A DNA stretch of 64,000 bases from a virus. Below the pieces are notes generated by a model. That model saw nothing but the letters and a program-made list of their open reading frames with translations, made no database searches and was not told where the DNA came from. The DNA is taken from the IMG/VR virus record IMGVR_UViG_3300025141_014981, positions 1 through 64,000 of that record; one strand, written 5' to 3'. The translations under genes and the position numbers were made by a program. Positions 20,268 through 29,948 of the stretch are shown here, one piece after another. The stretch's first letter is position 1, and each line of letters starts with the position of its first letter.

Positions 20268-20891
20268 TTATAACTTTCTAATCATTAATGCTGTCCAATA
20301 TGCTGTTCCTGTAAATACTTCTGAAGCATTTAATGTAAATCCGCCGGGATCAACATCAGTTATATAAAGATTGACATTTTCTGATGCGCTGATTAATATC
20401 GTTGGTGACAAGCCATATACTTTATTTAACGTATTAAATTCACTGACTTTATTGAATGTCACGGTCGCTTTATTGCTTGACAACATTGTCACTGTTCCTG
20501 TATCAACAAGCATTGCAACTTCTCTACCACCAACACCATCTAAGTCTGTTTTATTAAGTGCTATCCAATATACATTTCCAGTAAATACATCTGATGTATG
20601 TAATGTCACTGTGGTAGTAGTTGGTGCAGATACGGACATATTGATATTGTCATCTGGAATTGCAATCACAGTTGGGGCTTCTGAGAATGTTATATCAAAA
20701 GTTATAGCTTGATTATTACTTGTAGCAAAAGCCTGTATGCCGAAATCAACTTCTAATATATCCGAGATGATAAATGAAGTTGCGACAACTTTTTCTATTA
20801 CTTTCTTTTCTAAGCCAACTTTTGTAGCAGAGTTTGCTTTAAGATATGCATAACGCACTCTATTTTTATCTAATGAAAAAGCGCTTGGCAC
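20268..20891 (-). CDS. Probable tail-associated protein with two beta-rich repeats
   Basis: Duplicated PTV/PTI...N...T...SDVFTGNVYWIAL / SEVFTGTAYWTAL; adjacent to the tail fibre. Confidence 0.6.
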   Translation of the reverse strand: MPSAFSLDKNRVRYAYLKANSATKVGLEKKVIEKVVATSFIISDILEVDFGIQAFATSNNQAITFDITFSEAPTVIAIPDDNINMSVSAPTTTTVTLHTSDVFTGNVYWIALNKTDLDGVGGREVAMLVDTGTVTMLSSNKATVTFNKVSEFNTLNKVYGLSPTILISASENVNLYITDVDPGGFTLNASEVFTGTAYWTALMIRKL

Positions 20892-20892
20892 T

Positions 20893-21282
20893 TTAAAGCA
20901 CCACCAATGCTAGTGCACCAAAGCTACCAACTTCAACATTTGACTGTGCAACCGTCACACTGCCAGTTGTAACTGCAGATACAAATAGATTTCCGAGTTG
21001 AGGGAGTGAACCAGATGTATCTATGACAAAGACATTTGGGGCTCCCTTGCTGGCATCTTTAAAAATATCAGCAAAGCTTATATCACTAGTTTCTTTTGCA
21101 GTTTGGTCACCGGAGCCGGCATTAAGCTCAAATTGATATTCAGGACTTTCTACAAATTCAATCTTATCACTTAATGCAACGGTCTGTGCCGGTACTGTCT
21201 TAACTTCAGACTTAGATGTGTCATGCCCATTAAATGGGTATACTATCTTAAGTCGACTTCTTGTATAGTTGATTGCTCCCAC
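20893..21282 (-). CDS. Probable tail-associated protein
   Basis: Beta-rich composition like the neighbour (F...PNVF...VSAVTTGSVTV); GTG start. Confidence 0.5.
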   Translation of the reverse strand: MGAINYTRSRLKIVYPFNGHDTSKSEVKTVPAQTVALSDKIEFVESPEYQFELNAGSGDQTAKETSDISFADIFKDASKGAPNVFVIDTSGSLPQLGNLFVSAVTTGSVTVAQSNVEVGSFGALALVVL

Positions 21283-21285
21283 AAA

Positions 21286-21966
21286 TTAAAGCCCTTCAAC
21301 ATCTTTGCCCAACCTATACCCTAGTTCACGTGTTGCGGTCTTTAAGTTAAACATCAGCTTTCCGTATTCTGGACGTGATGTATAGTCAGCTGGGAACTGT
21401 GCCATTAATCTTTCAACAGCATTTAAATGATCTGTCATTTGCTTATGTAAGAAGTCGACTTCAATGTTCTTCTCATCACGTGTTTCGTAATACATTCTAG
21501 CAAATTTGACAATATTGTTCTGCCATTCTGGATCTATTGCTAATTCTTCTGGAGATTTTTGTTTATATTCTGCACTTAAATCAGGATGACCGGCTACTTC
21601 TGTTGCTATTTTGATGAAAACATTATGAAGCTCATCAGCAGTTTCTTTCGCACCACCACTTTTATCTAAGTCGCTAATTTGTTTTAAATTGAGCTCTTTT
21701 GCAGCTGCTTCAGCTTTTGCTAGTTCTTGTGGAGTAGGCTCTTGACCAACTTGTCGCTTAAGCATAGGCAATGTAATTGCTTGCATTCTACGACTTACTG
21801 TCGCTATTGACCCGCCAAACTCTTCAACGAACTGCCGTACAGTCCTACCACCGAGAAGATGTCGTGCTAAGTCACGCTTTGTATACTTCTTCTCTTCAGC
21901 TTCATCAATGATTCTATTGACTTCTTCTGTGACAATTGTTTTAAGCTCGGTTAATGATATATCCAT
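21286..21966 (-). CDS. Hypothetical protein with N-terminal LKTIVTEE leader (possible virion protein)
   Basis: 226-aa ORF with GGAG RBS. Confidence 0.65.
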   Translation of the reverse strand: MDISLTELKTIVTEEVNRIIDEAEEKKYTKRDLARHLLGGRTVRQFVEEFGGSIATVSRRMQAITLPMLKRQVGQEPTPQELAKAEAAAKELNLKQISDLDKSGGAKETADELHNVFIKIATEVAGHPDLSAEYKQKSPEELAIDPEWQNNIVKFARMYYETRDEKNIEVDFLHKQMTDHLNAVERLMAQFPADYTSRPEYGKLMFNLKTATRELGYRLGKDVEGL

Positions 21967-22032
21967 GTTATATTACTCCAGATTGTGAACTCTCTAGAAG
22001 TAAATATTCTATGAAATATGAAAATGAACTGT

Positions 22033-22266
22033 TTATATACTAGCTGTTTTTAATTTATTTTTAATTTTTGCAACAGCATTGTGTTGTATTTGACATATAC
22101 GCATCTTGGTCAAATTATACATCGATGCTATTTCTTCAAAAGTTTTTGGTGATGTCGCCGACGCTATTATGGCACAATTAAGATCACAATTTGAATTGAC
22201 CCAATATCTACATGACTTTTTGTCACAAGCAACATCATACTCTTGATACGCTTGAAAGCATTTCAT
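22033..22266 (-). CDS. Stand-alone sigma-70 region 4.2-like HTH protein with Cys-rich N-terminus
   Basis: KTFEEIASMYNLTKMRICQIQHNAVAKIK matches the TLEEI..L.xTxERIRQIE..AL.KL pattern; five Cys upstream. Confidence 0.7.
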   Translation of the reverse strand: MKCFQAYQEYDVACDKKSCRYWVNSNCDLNCAIIASATSPKTFEEIASMYNLTKMRICQIQHNAVAKIKNKLKTASI

Positions 22267-22448
22267 TATTTTTCTATCGTAAGGGTTTCTGTTCTACAAT
22301 CTTTTGCTAATTCACGCAATTGCATAAGCCCTTTTCGTAATCTTAAACCGGCAGATTTGTTACCTTTTACATATGTTTTCGTTGCATCAACTTTAAGCTC
22401 ATTAACCAATTCAACAATTAATTCCCACTTGGTACGCTCTTCATTCAT
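22266..22448 (-). CDS. Histone H1-like protein Hc1 family
   Basis: DATK...KGNKSAGLRLRKGL..LRELAKDCR. Confidence 0.75.
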   Translation of the reverse strand: MNEERTKWELIVELVNELKVDATKTYVKGNKSAGLRLRKGLMQLRELAKDCRTETLTIEK

Positions 22449-22491
22449 ATTTTATGCTCCTTCGCATAATAATAATATTCTATAATCATTA

Positions 22492-23004
22492 TTATGTATA
22501 AATTTTTCTGGTGTATATTTGATGTTGTAGTCGTTTATCACTGGCATTTTTATACTTTTGCCACCCCTTCCATTCATCTTTACTGAGTTCTGGAAATTTT
22601 ATCGTATCACCTTCAATTGTTTCTGGTATATATGTAAGATCAATCAATTGTGCATGCTTAAGAGCCTCTTTATAAATTGAAGCACCACCGATAAACCACG
22701 CATGATCTTTATCATTTATGCCCTTTATTTCTTCATGGAAAAGTAATGCATCTTCTATTGAGCGACTTATACATGCACCATTAAATTTTTTAGAATATTC
22801 TTCACTAGTAATGACAATATTGTATCGCCACTTAAGTGGCTTGCATCCCATTGATTCCCATGTTTTTCTACCCATTATGACTGTGCATCCTAATGTCAAT
22901 CTCTTAAATCTCTTAAGGTCAATGGGGTATGACTCTACCCACGGAAGCTTATTATCTTTCCCAATCACACCATTCTCAGATATTGCTGCTATTATGTTCA
23001 GCAT
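22492..23004 (-). CDS. folA: Dihydrofolate reductase
   Basis: IAAISENGVIGKDNKLPW, DLKRFK.LT, IMGRKTWES, IGGASIY. Confidence 0.95.
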   Translation of the reverse strand: MLNIIAAISENGVIGKDNKLPWVESYPIDLKRFKRLTLGCTVIMGRKTWESMGCKPLKWRYNIVITSEEYSKKFNGACISRSIEDALLFHEEIKGINDKDHAWFIGGASIYKEALKHAQLIDLTYIPETIEGDTIKFPELSKDEWKGWQKYKNASDKRLQHQIYTRKIYT

Positions 23005-23720
23005 GCCAGCTCTTCATATGCATTAATTGTTGCCGGCCATAATTCTTTTGCTATTGTCAATAATGCTTCTGCAACCTTTTGGATTTCCCATTGTGCACCT
23101 TCATGTGTTCTAAGATTGATAAACTTAAGAAGATTGCTCAAGTTTACTGTGCCATAATATTCTGTGTATAAATTCTGTGGGAGAACGCCCCTTGCTTGCT
23201 CTCTACAAACACCAGCAATAATCAATGACTCATAAAGATACAAAGCACCTTGATGAAGTTCTTTCACTGCTTCGGAAGCAGTGTACCCACATGTAGATTC
23301 ATCCCATTGAAATGATACCTTAGGATCAATTAAATCACTTTCATTGCTCGCCTGTCGATTAGTTTCGTGTTGTGTCCTAAATACGTTTGGTTCATAAAAT
23401 CTCATATCAATATCCGTATATCTTCTTGATATTTCGTTATAAGACCATGTTCGATGTCTATGATGTTGTGATCTGATAAATAGTGGGACGATAAATTTAA
23501 ATGTTGCACCACAATGTTCTAATGTTGATGTATGCTTGTGCTCAATTAAGTACTTGATAAGTTTCTTGTCACGCTTTGTTATATCTTGATGCTCAATACC
23601 GAAGCTAACCCTTGCTGCATTGACAACTGTTAGATCGGTACCATAGTGTTGAATTAACTTGACACAGCCAATATCATCACCATAAAGTTTTATTGATCTA
23701 TTTAGATGTTCGTCATTCAT
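22998..23720 (-). CDS. thyX: Flavin-dependent thymidylate synthase
   Basis: NAARVS, HTSTLEH, RHRTWSYNEISRRY, EQARGVLP, AQWEI. Confidence 0.95.
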   Translation of the reverse strand: MNDEHLNRSIKLYGDDIGCVKLIQHYGTDLTVVNAARVSFGIEHQDITKRDKKLIKYLIEHKHTSTLEHCGATFKFIVPLFIRSQHHRHRTWSYNEISRRYTDIDMRFYEPNVFRTQHETNRQASNESDLIDPKVSFQWDESTCGYTASEAVKELHQGALYLYESLIIAGVCREQARGVLPQNLYTEYYGTVNLSNLLKFINLRTHEGAQWEIQKVAEALLTIAKELWPATINAYEELAC

Positions 23721-23920
23721 TATTGTATCTCTAGAATAACGTCGCCACGATTTAATTTTATTATTCTTTTACACTGGTTACTTCTATTATCTCTTGTTCC
23801 AATCCATACTTCATAGCTTTCATCAGTGACAGGATTAATTTCAGGCAATCCTTTAACGTAATTTTTTAATTCTTTAATTGTAATTCCATTGAAATTTTCA
23901 AACATTGCCTTCCTTGTCAA
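23720..23920 (-). CDS. Hypothetical protein
   Basis: TAATG coupling to thyX. Confidence 0.55.
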   Translation of the reverse strand: MTRKAMFENFNGITIKELKNYVKGLPEINPVTDESYEVWIGTRDNRSNQCKRIIKLNRGDVILEIQ

Positions 23921-24278
23921 TTATACTCTTGTTATCATTTGTGAATAGATCCCATGGCGAGATATATAATTTTCCAATTTTGTAATCCGCGTATATGACA
24001 AGTCGCTTTTGCCAGTATATCTTGATATTATCATCTATTGTCCGTAATTCAACATAATAACAAGAATCATTGTCAATTCTATATTTTTCTTCATCAGGTA
24101 TGAAATACGTATCTTCAATTAGATTATCAAATTCAAATTCAATATATGGACCACGTTCACCGACTACAACTCTATCATAGTTTGTTAATACATGTTGTCC
24201 TGAGTTTGTGTATAAGTTGAATTGATTCTTGTCATTTACAAGAGGTATTTGTAAACGCTCTTCATACGATGTTTTCAT
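23898..24278 (-). CDS. Hypothetical phage protein
   Basis: 126-aa ORF, RVVVGERGPYIEF...YADYKIG. Confidence 0.65.
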   Translation of the reverse strand: MKTSYEERLQIPLVNDKNQFNLYTNSGQHVLTNYDRVVVGERGPYIEFEFDNLIEDTYFIPDEEKYRIDNDSCYYVELRTIDDNIKIYWQKRLVIYADYKIGKLYISPWDLFTNDNKSIIDKEGNV

Positions 24279-24526
24279 TAATCTGCTTTTGCTATTATCA
24301 ATGAATCACCTTTGATTTCTTTCGCAGCATCTCGAATAGATTTCATTTGATCTCTATTTTCAAGCTCTAATGCTAAAAGATTGACAATCTCGATAATTTG
24401 CCTTTGTGAAACACCAAACTTCATTATCTCACTAACAATGTTTCTACACTCATCTTTCTCTAAAAGATCTTCTTGTGCTTTAGTTATCAACCCCTTTGGG
24501 ATATCTTTGATAATTTCTTGTGTCAT
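24278..24526 (-). CDS. Hypothetical protein
   Basis: TAATG coupled on both sides. Confidence 0.65.
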   Translation of the reverse strand: MTQEIIKDIPKGLITKAQEDLLEKDECRNIVSEIMKFGVSQRQIIEIVNLLALELENRDQMKSIRDAAKEIKGDSLIIAKAD

Positions 24527-24705
24527 TACTTACTTAATAATTCATCTTTGAATAAGTTATCAAAAAACTCAATCAAAGATTTGACATCAACTTTAACTTC
24601 ATGATTAATCCAAATTTTGTCTTTAGCTTCTTGACCAAATTTTGAATACAAGCTTATTATAGTATTACGAAATGTATGTAATTTTTCTACTTCTGTCGGT
24701 CTCAT
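24526..24705 (-). CDS. Hypothetical 59-aa protein (not in ORF track)
   Basis: MRPTEVEKLHTF...DELLSK; AGGAG RBS; TAATG overlap with the next gene. Confidence 0.6.
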   Translation of the reverse strand: MRPTEVEKLHTFRNTIISLYSKFGQEAKDKIWINHEVKVDVKSLIEFFDNLFKDELLSK

Positions 24706-24714
24706 AGTGTGCTC

Positions 24715-25191
24715 CTAGTGATTTGATTTCCAATATTCAATACTATATTTGAACTCATCATGAATCTTTAACAACTTACCTTCATGATGAGTGCTGACAT
24801 CATCTTTGATTTCATCCTTAGTTAATACTAGAAATGGTGTTATGCTATTATTTTTCCATACTCTATTGTCTATAATATATTTTGCTTCCTCAAATGTGTA
24901 TAATTCACAATTGTAGTCATTCAATATTGTAACAAGTTTTTCTGGTAGAAATATAGATAAATCATCTTTACTTACTATATTTTCAGATTCAGAATCAATA
25001 ATTTCACTTTTACATATTTCATAGACTCTATGTGTTATTCCACAATATGAACATTTTGTCAACTTAGGTATTACGTTTCCATCACCATCTAGCAATGAAA
25101 ATACTATAAACGAAAAAAATGGTGGATTGCTAAGTCTACGGTGTTGTGTTAATATACACCGACATGTTATTATATGCTTTTGTGTATCCAT
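24715..25191 (-). CDS. Hypothetical Cys-containing protein
   Basis: CRC, CSYC..H..C pattern. Confidence 0.65.
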   Translation of the reverse strand: MDTQKHIITCRCILTQHRRLSNPPFFSFIVFSLLDGDGNVIPKLTKCSYCGITHRVYEICKSEIIDSESENIVSKDDLSIFLPEKLVTILNDYNCELYTFEEAKYIIDNRVWKNNSITPFLVLTKDEIKDDVSTHHEGKLLKIHDEFKYSIEYWKSNH

Positions 25192-25194
25192 TTG

Positions 25195-25530
25195 TCAATC
25201 AATATTATTCATTATTTGAGTAAACATATTTATACCACTATTCTTCCAGTAGATATCTTTTAATTCACTATCATCCATTTCTATATTAATGATATAGTTG
25301 AGCCTAATGAAATACTCATTTAGACTTTCTATGATTGACTCTTTATTACACGTTAGCTTCCCATCTTTACATGCAACAGACCAAAGTTTCATTGCGTTTA
25401 AAACAATTTTTGTTCTTGTTGGACAATTGCTAGGGATTTTTGATTCTGATATGTGGTTGATTATATCGATGAATTCATGATTGCCAGAATACGGCAAGTT
25501 TGACTTGGTAATTGCTTGGGTAAGCAACAT
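25195..25530 (-). CDS. Hypothetical protein
   Basis: ORF in tightly packed operon. Confidence 0.55.
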   Translation of the reverse strand: MLLTQAITKSNLPYSGNHEFIDIINHISESKIPSNCPTRTKIVLNAMKLWSVACKDGKLTCNKESIIESLNEYFIRLNYIINIEMDDSELKDIYWKNSGINMFTQIMNNID

Positions 25531-25851
25531 TTATTTGTTATCTCTCGATAAAATACGTTCTCTAATACTTTGAGGTTGTGAAGCTTGTTGCAATTGCTTA
25601 TTTATTAGTGATGCCTTTAATTCTTCACGTTCACTCTTTATAGATTCTTTTATAGAGTTAAAGTCGCTTGCCATATCACGATATACTTTATCTAAAGTTA
25701 TACTCATCCTCTTGGTTATGACACCCATATCTTGCTCAGATACATCGATATTACCTTCAACATTCAAAGCAAGCAATGTACTACCTAATTGTTGCTTTGC
25801 ATATGCAAGTGTTTCATTTAGTTTAGCAAGTAAGTTATTTTCTGCACTCAT
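25531..25851 (-). CDS. Hypothetical helical protein
   Basis: ORF in tightly packed operon. Confidence 0.6.
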   Translation of the reverse strand: MSAENNLLAKLNETLAYAKQQLGSTLLALNVEGNIDVSEQDMGVITKRMSITLDKVYRDMASDFNSIKESIKSEREELKASLINKQLQQASQPQSIRERILSRDNK

Positions 25852-26143
25852 GTATATTTTTCTCCTTTAGTGTTTTAATGTTTTCAACTTCATTCATACA
25901 CTGTTCCATTATTTCTATATCATTTTGTGCACAATATAAAATAAGCTTGAGCATTTTGTTGCTTGGTATGCAATCTACAAACTCTTCCAGTGTCAATGCT
26001 GTGTTTTTTTCGTTGACATTAATGTCTTCTATAGCAACGAAAATTGTTGCTATGATATTTGGTAACCTTTCTTTGATTTTACTAGTTTTTATAAAGTCAT
26101 ATATATCGACTTTGTTATGTGCTGTCATAATCATATTAAACAT
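25835..26143 (-). CDS. Hypothetical protein
   Basis: Overlaps the groEL stop. Confidence 0.55.
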   Translation of the reverse strand: MFNMIMTAHNKVDIYDFIKTSKIKERLPNIIATIFVAIEDINVNEKNTALTLEEFVDCIPSNKMLKLILYCAQNDIEIMEQCMNEVENIKTLKEKNIHECRK

Positions 26144-27749
26144 CTTCGTTATTGATAATAAGTGTATCAGTTGTTAACAACAAGCCAGTTACCGATACAG
26201 CATTCTCTAGTGCACACCTCTCTACTTTGGTTGGGTCTATGATTCCAGCATCATACATATTTACATATTTACCAGTTAACGTGTTAAACCCATCAAAGTT
26301 GTCACGCTTTTGTTTATTTTTAAGTCGTCGCTCTATTTCTTTAGAATTATGACCAGCGTTTCTATTAATCTGTGTAAACGGTGCTTTACATGATTTAATT
26401 ACAAGCTGATGCCCGGCACATAAGCTTTTATCATCTCCTACATCATAATCTTTTTCAGACAAATCATTTGCTATTGTCAATAATGCTAACCCACCACCCT
26501 TCACGATGCCCTCATCTACAGCAGCTTGCGTAGCATTTAATGCATCTTCAATCCTCGCAACTTTCTCTTTCAGTTCAGCTTCGGTAAATGCGCCAACTTT
26601 GATAACTGCTATTCCACCTGATAGTGCGGCAATTCTATATTTAAGGCTTTCAACTTCTCTATCGGCTAGGCCATCTTGATTTAGTTGTTCCTTTAAAAGA
26701 GTGATCCTATTAGACAATGCCTCTTCATTACATGAACCATCTACAACAGTAGTTGTGGATTTTGATACAATTATTCTTCGTGCCGTTCCTAATGCCTCTG
26801 GATCAAAATCAGCCGTGAAGTCTTTATCGATATTATCATCGAAGTATCTTGCACCTGTTATGACAGCAAGATCTTGTAAGATCTTTTCACGTTGCTCTCC
26901 AAATGATGGTGCCCTTACGGCACACACCTTGATTGCCCCACGCATTTTGTTGATGACTAATGCATTAAGTGCTTCACCCTCTATGTCACCAGCGACAATC
27001 AATAGCTCTCTTCCAAGTTTTACAGAGCCTTCTAAAATAGGAACCAACTCAGCCATCTTAGTAAACTTTTTATTTGTCACTAATATAAGCGGCTCTGCAA
27101 ATACAGCTTCTTCCCTTTCAGGATTTGTAATAAAAAAGTGTGATGCATAACCTCTGTCAAAGCGTATACCTTGAACAATTTCTAATCTTGTTTCAAAGTT
27201 ATTTGATTCCTCTATTGTTATAACACCCTCTTTTCCAACCTCACGCATTGCATTTGCTATGACACTGCCAATTACTTTATCATTGTTTGCTGATATAGTG
27301 CCGACATGTTCAACCTCTGTGTAGGAGGATATTTCAGTTGACTGTTCTTGTAATGCTTGAGTTACATCTATTAGTGCCATATCCATGCCACGTTTGAGCA
27401 TTACTGGATCATGACCCTGGTCAATTAATTTGTTTCCATTCATTAATAAGTCATGCGCTAGCACTGTTGCTGTTGTTGTACCATCACCAGCTGTTTCACT
27501 TGTTCTAGTTGCAACCTCTCTAACTAATTGCGCACCTAAGTTTTCAAATTTATCTTCTAAGACAATTGATTCTGCAACTGTTACACCATCCTTTGTGACA
27601 AGTTGACTTTGATCTGATCTTTGTATGACTACATTTCTGCCCTTTGGACCTAAAGTGCTTTTCACTGCTTTTGTTAATTTAGTTGCTCCGCTTAAAAGTT
27701 TGCTTCTTGCATCGTCTTCAAATAATAATTCATTGAAATTATTTATCAT
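26136..27749 (-). CDS. groEL: Chaperonin GroEL
   Basis: [56 protein letters not shown]; no GGM tail. Confidence 0.96.
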   Translation of the reverse strand: MINNFNELLFEDDARSKLLSGATKLTKAVKSTLGPKGRNVVIQRSDQSQLVTKDGVTVAESIVLEDKFENLGAQLVREVATRTSETAGDGTTTATVLAHDLLMNGNKLIDQGHDPVMLKRGMDMALIDVTQALQEQSTEISSYTEVEHVGTISANNDKVIGSVIANAMREVGKEGVITIEESNNFETRLEIVQGIRFDRGYASHFFITNPEREEAVFAEPLILVTNKKFTKMAELVPILEGSVKLGRELLIVAGDIEGEALNALVINKMRGAIKVCAVRAPSFGEQREKILQDLAVITGARYFDDNIDKDFTADFDPEALGTARRIIVSKSTTTVVDGSCNEEALSNRITLLKEQLNQDGLADREVESLKYRIAALSGGIAVIKVGAFTEAELKEKVARIEDALNATQAAVDEGIVKGGGLALLTIANDLSEKDYDVGDDKSLCAGHQLVIKSCKAPFTQINRNAGHNSKEIERRLKNKQKRDNFDGFNTLTGKYVNMYDAGIIDPTKVERCALENAVSVTGLLLTTDTLIINNEDV

Positions 27750-27805
27750 ATTATACCTTTATATTTATTGTAAATCTAGTCTTTTCATCAGAAATTGTAC
27801 ACGCA

Positions 27806-27985
27806 TTATTTATCATTATTCTTACGTAATTTATTCAAGTCACCAATAATTCCGATAGCTATCAAAGTCATATTCATATATGCTAATATTTTTAATGACT
27901 CTATTTGTAGTTGTTCATGAGCACCTAGTAGAAATATATTAGCAAAGATGCATATAGAATATAAAGCAATCTTTATTCCAAACAT
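27806..27985 (-). CDS. 59-aa protein with two hydrophobic segments (not in ORF track); holin candidate
   Basis: MFGIKIALYSICIFANIFLLG...ILAYMNMTLIAIGIIGDLNKLRKNNDK; directly after the transglycosylase. Confidence 0.45.
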   Translation of the reverse strand: MFGIKIALYSICIFANIFLLGAHEQLQIESLKILAYMNMTLIAIGIIGDLNKLRKNNDK

Positions 27986-28437
27986 TGTTCCATCATATAA
28001 CCAGCATAGGTTTTCTTAAGCCTGTTACTGAAGCGTTTCAATGAGTGTGCCCATTTTTTAGATTTGTTACCACACTCATTTCCAGCATTGTAATGGCAAA
28101 TCCAATCATATCTTCTTTTATAGCGCTTCTTCCACCATGCAGCCATGAAGTTTCCAGCTTCCGCACCTTTTGAATATGATGCGTTCATTTCTTTGCAAGA
28201 GTAGACATGCCACCTTGGAATGACTTGTAGCACACCACATGCTCCAGCTCTTGACACAACATCTCTTCTATGTTTAGATTCATACCATGCAAGTGAAACC
28301 ATTTCAAAGGGATCGTTTCCATATCTTTCAGCATGATATACAATTTGTTGTACACTCTCGTGCACTTGTTCATGTTCTAAATGTGTTATGTTTGTGTTAA
28401 ACAAAAGTGCTGCTGTCAACATTAATGTATCTATCAT
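27973..28437 (-). CDS. Lytic transglycosylase (SLT domain)
   Basis: AWYES, SRAGACGVLQV, HYNAG; hydrophobic N-terminus. Confidence 0.85.
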   Translation of the reverse strand: MIDTLMLTAALLFNTNITHLEHEQVHESVQQIVYHAERYGNDPFEMVSLAWYESKHRRDVVSRAGACGVLQVIPRWHVYSCKEMNASYSKGAEAGNFMAAWWKKRYKRRYDWICHYNAGNECGNKSKKWAHSLKRFSNRLKKTYAGYMMEQCLE

Positions 28438-29426
28438 ATTGTTACTTTGCTTGAGCTAAATGTTACTTTCACAGAATTGTGATCTTTAATCCATTGTTGC
28501 ATTTCTATTATGTTGTTAAATTCAAGTTCTTCATTGTTGACAATTAATTTGTATACACCAACTTCTTCCATGACATCAATCTTATTAATAATCATTTCTG
28601 TGACGCCATTAGCTTTTTGTGCTTTAAGCAATGCATTCCAGTTTAACCAATTGCATTGTCGGGGACGACCGGTCGTTGCACCATATTCACCACCAGCCTC
28701 TCTAATAGTATCAAATATCGAATCGTTTGGTTCAAAATCTTTAGCACCAACATAAGTGTCATATATCTTAGCAAGGCCAAATACATGTCTGATAGATTGT
28801 GGTGGGACACCGGTACTAAATATGCCACCTATAGTTGGTGATGAGCAAGTTACGTAGGGATAGTCACCAAAATTAATATCTAATTCATGACCTTGTGCGC
28901 CCTCAAATAAGATAATATTATCAGGCTTATTAAGAATATCAGTAGTATCAACTAAAAATTCTTTTAATGATGCTATATCTTCAGCACGCTTGCCAGTTCT
29001 TGCAAATTTTGATGTATATGCCGGGCCAACGCCCTTGCGACATGAACCGATTCTTACATCTTTACTATCTTCTGTAATATGATCATCTGTTATTATATGC
29101 GTGTTATACGCAATTTTAATATTTTCATATGCTTCTTTGACGCCGGCTTTTACTAAGTAGTCACCTTCCTCAAAGAAGCCTCTTTCATTTAAGACACAAC
29201 CACCTCCAATTACAGATGTAATATTATGAAAAACACCCACAGGCCAGCTATGTGTTACTAGCTTTTTGCCTTTATGATAAATTGTATGTCCAGCGTTTGG
29301 ACCACCTTGCCAGCGTACCACATAGTCATAATCACTATCTTTAGTAAGGCAATATGTAACCTTGCCTTTTCCACAATCACCGTAGCGCAAGTCTATAACT
29401 ACATCTGCAATAGGAAACTTATTCAT
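28434..29426 (-). CDS. purA: Adenylosuccinate synthetase (short form)
   Basis: YGDCGKGK, QGGPNAGHT, FEGAQG, YPYVT, EYGATTGRPR, NKID. Confidence 0.92.
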   Translation of the reverse strand: MNKFPIADVVIDLRYGDCGKGKVTYCLTKDSDYDYVVRWQGGPNAGHTIYHKGKKLVTHSWPVGVFHNITSVIGGGCVLNERGFFEEGDYLVKAGVKEAYENIKIAYNTHIITDDHITEDSKDVRIGSCRKGVGPAYTSKFARTGKRAEDIASLKEFLVDTTDILNKPDNIILFEGAQGHELDINFGDYPYVTCSSPTIGGIFSTGVPPQSIRHVFGLAKIYDTYVGAKDFEPNDSIFDTIREAGGEYGATTGRPRQCNWLNWNALLKAQKANGVTEMIINKIDVMEEVGVYKLIVNNEELEFNNIIEMQQWIKDHNSVKVTFSSSKVTI

Positions 29427-29444
29427 TACTTCTCCACTCAGTAT

Positions 29445-29948
29445 TTATTGTATTTTATGTTTTGGTGTTAGTTTAAAAAATGCCATATGAACTGTGTTCG
29501 TTTGACCTTCTATTGGTGGGTCTTGTATCTTTGTAAGCACACCCAAGTACTCACTTTTAAACTCTTCTTCTAATTCAAGCTCTTGTGTTCGAAAATATGT
29601 TGCAACTGCAGTTGCTAAGACAACCTCATCATCATTTAACTCTGGACCCCACACAACTAAAAGCATTCTTTCATTTTCAAAACAATTATTAAGTTGAACT
29701 ATCATGTAATGCTTGCCAAAAGCTCTTGCTATAGCTGGTGCATCTGCTGGAGGGCAATTTGCAGACAAATATTCAACTGTGGGAATATTTGATTTTGCTT
29801 CTACTACAATAGCCTCTGTATCTGACGTTGGTTTTGAATGTGCTCTACAGGATACATTTATGCCACAAGATATTGATAGTGCTAATATTGTTAGAATTAC
29901 TAGTTTTTTCATGTCACTCCTAAATTTCATTAAAAAGATACTTATCAA
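29445..29948 (-). CDS. Secreted/lipoprotein (likely start MKKLVIL)
   Basis: MKKLVILTILALSISC signal with lipobox-like end. Confidence 0.6.
   Translation of the reverse strand: MISIFLMKFRSDMKKLVILTILALSISCGINVSCRAHSKPTSDTEAIVVEAKSNIPTVEYLSANCPPADAPAIARAFGKHYMIVQLNNCFENERMLLVVWGPELNDDEVVLATAVATYFRTQELELEEEFKSEYLGVLTKIQDPPIEGQTNTVHMAFFKLTPKHKIQ

Noticed and set aside
28434-29426. PurZ (2-aminoadenine DNA pathway)
   Set aside because: The motif is GDCGKG with the PurA catalytic Asp, not the Ser typical of PurZ; no dATPase partner is seen nearby
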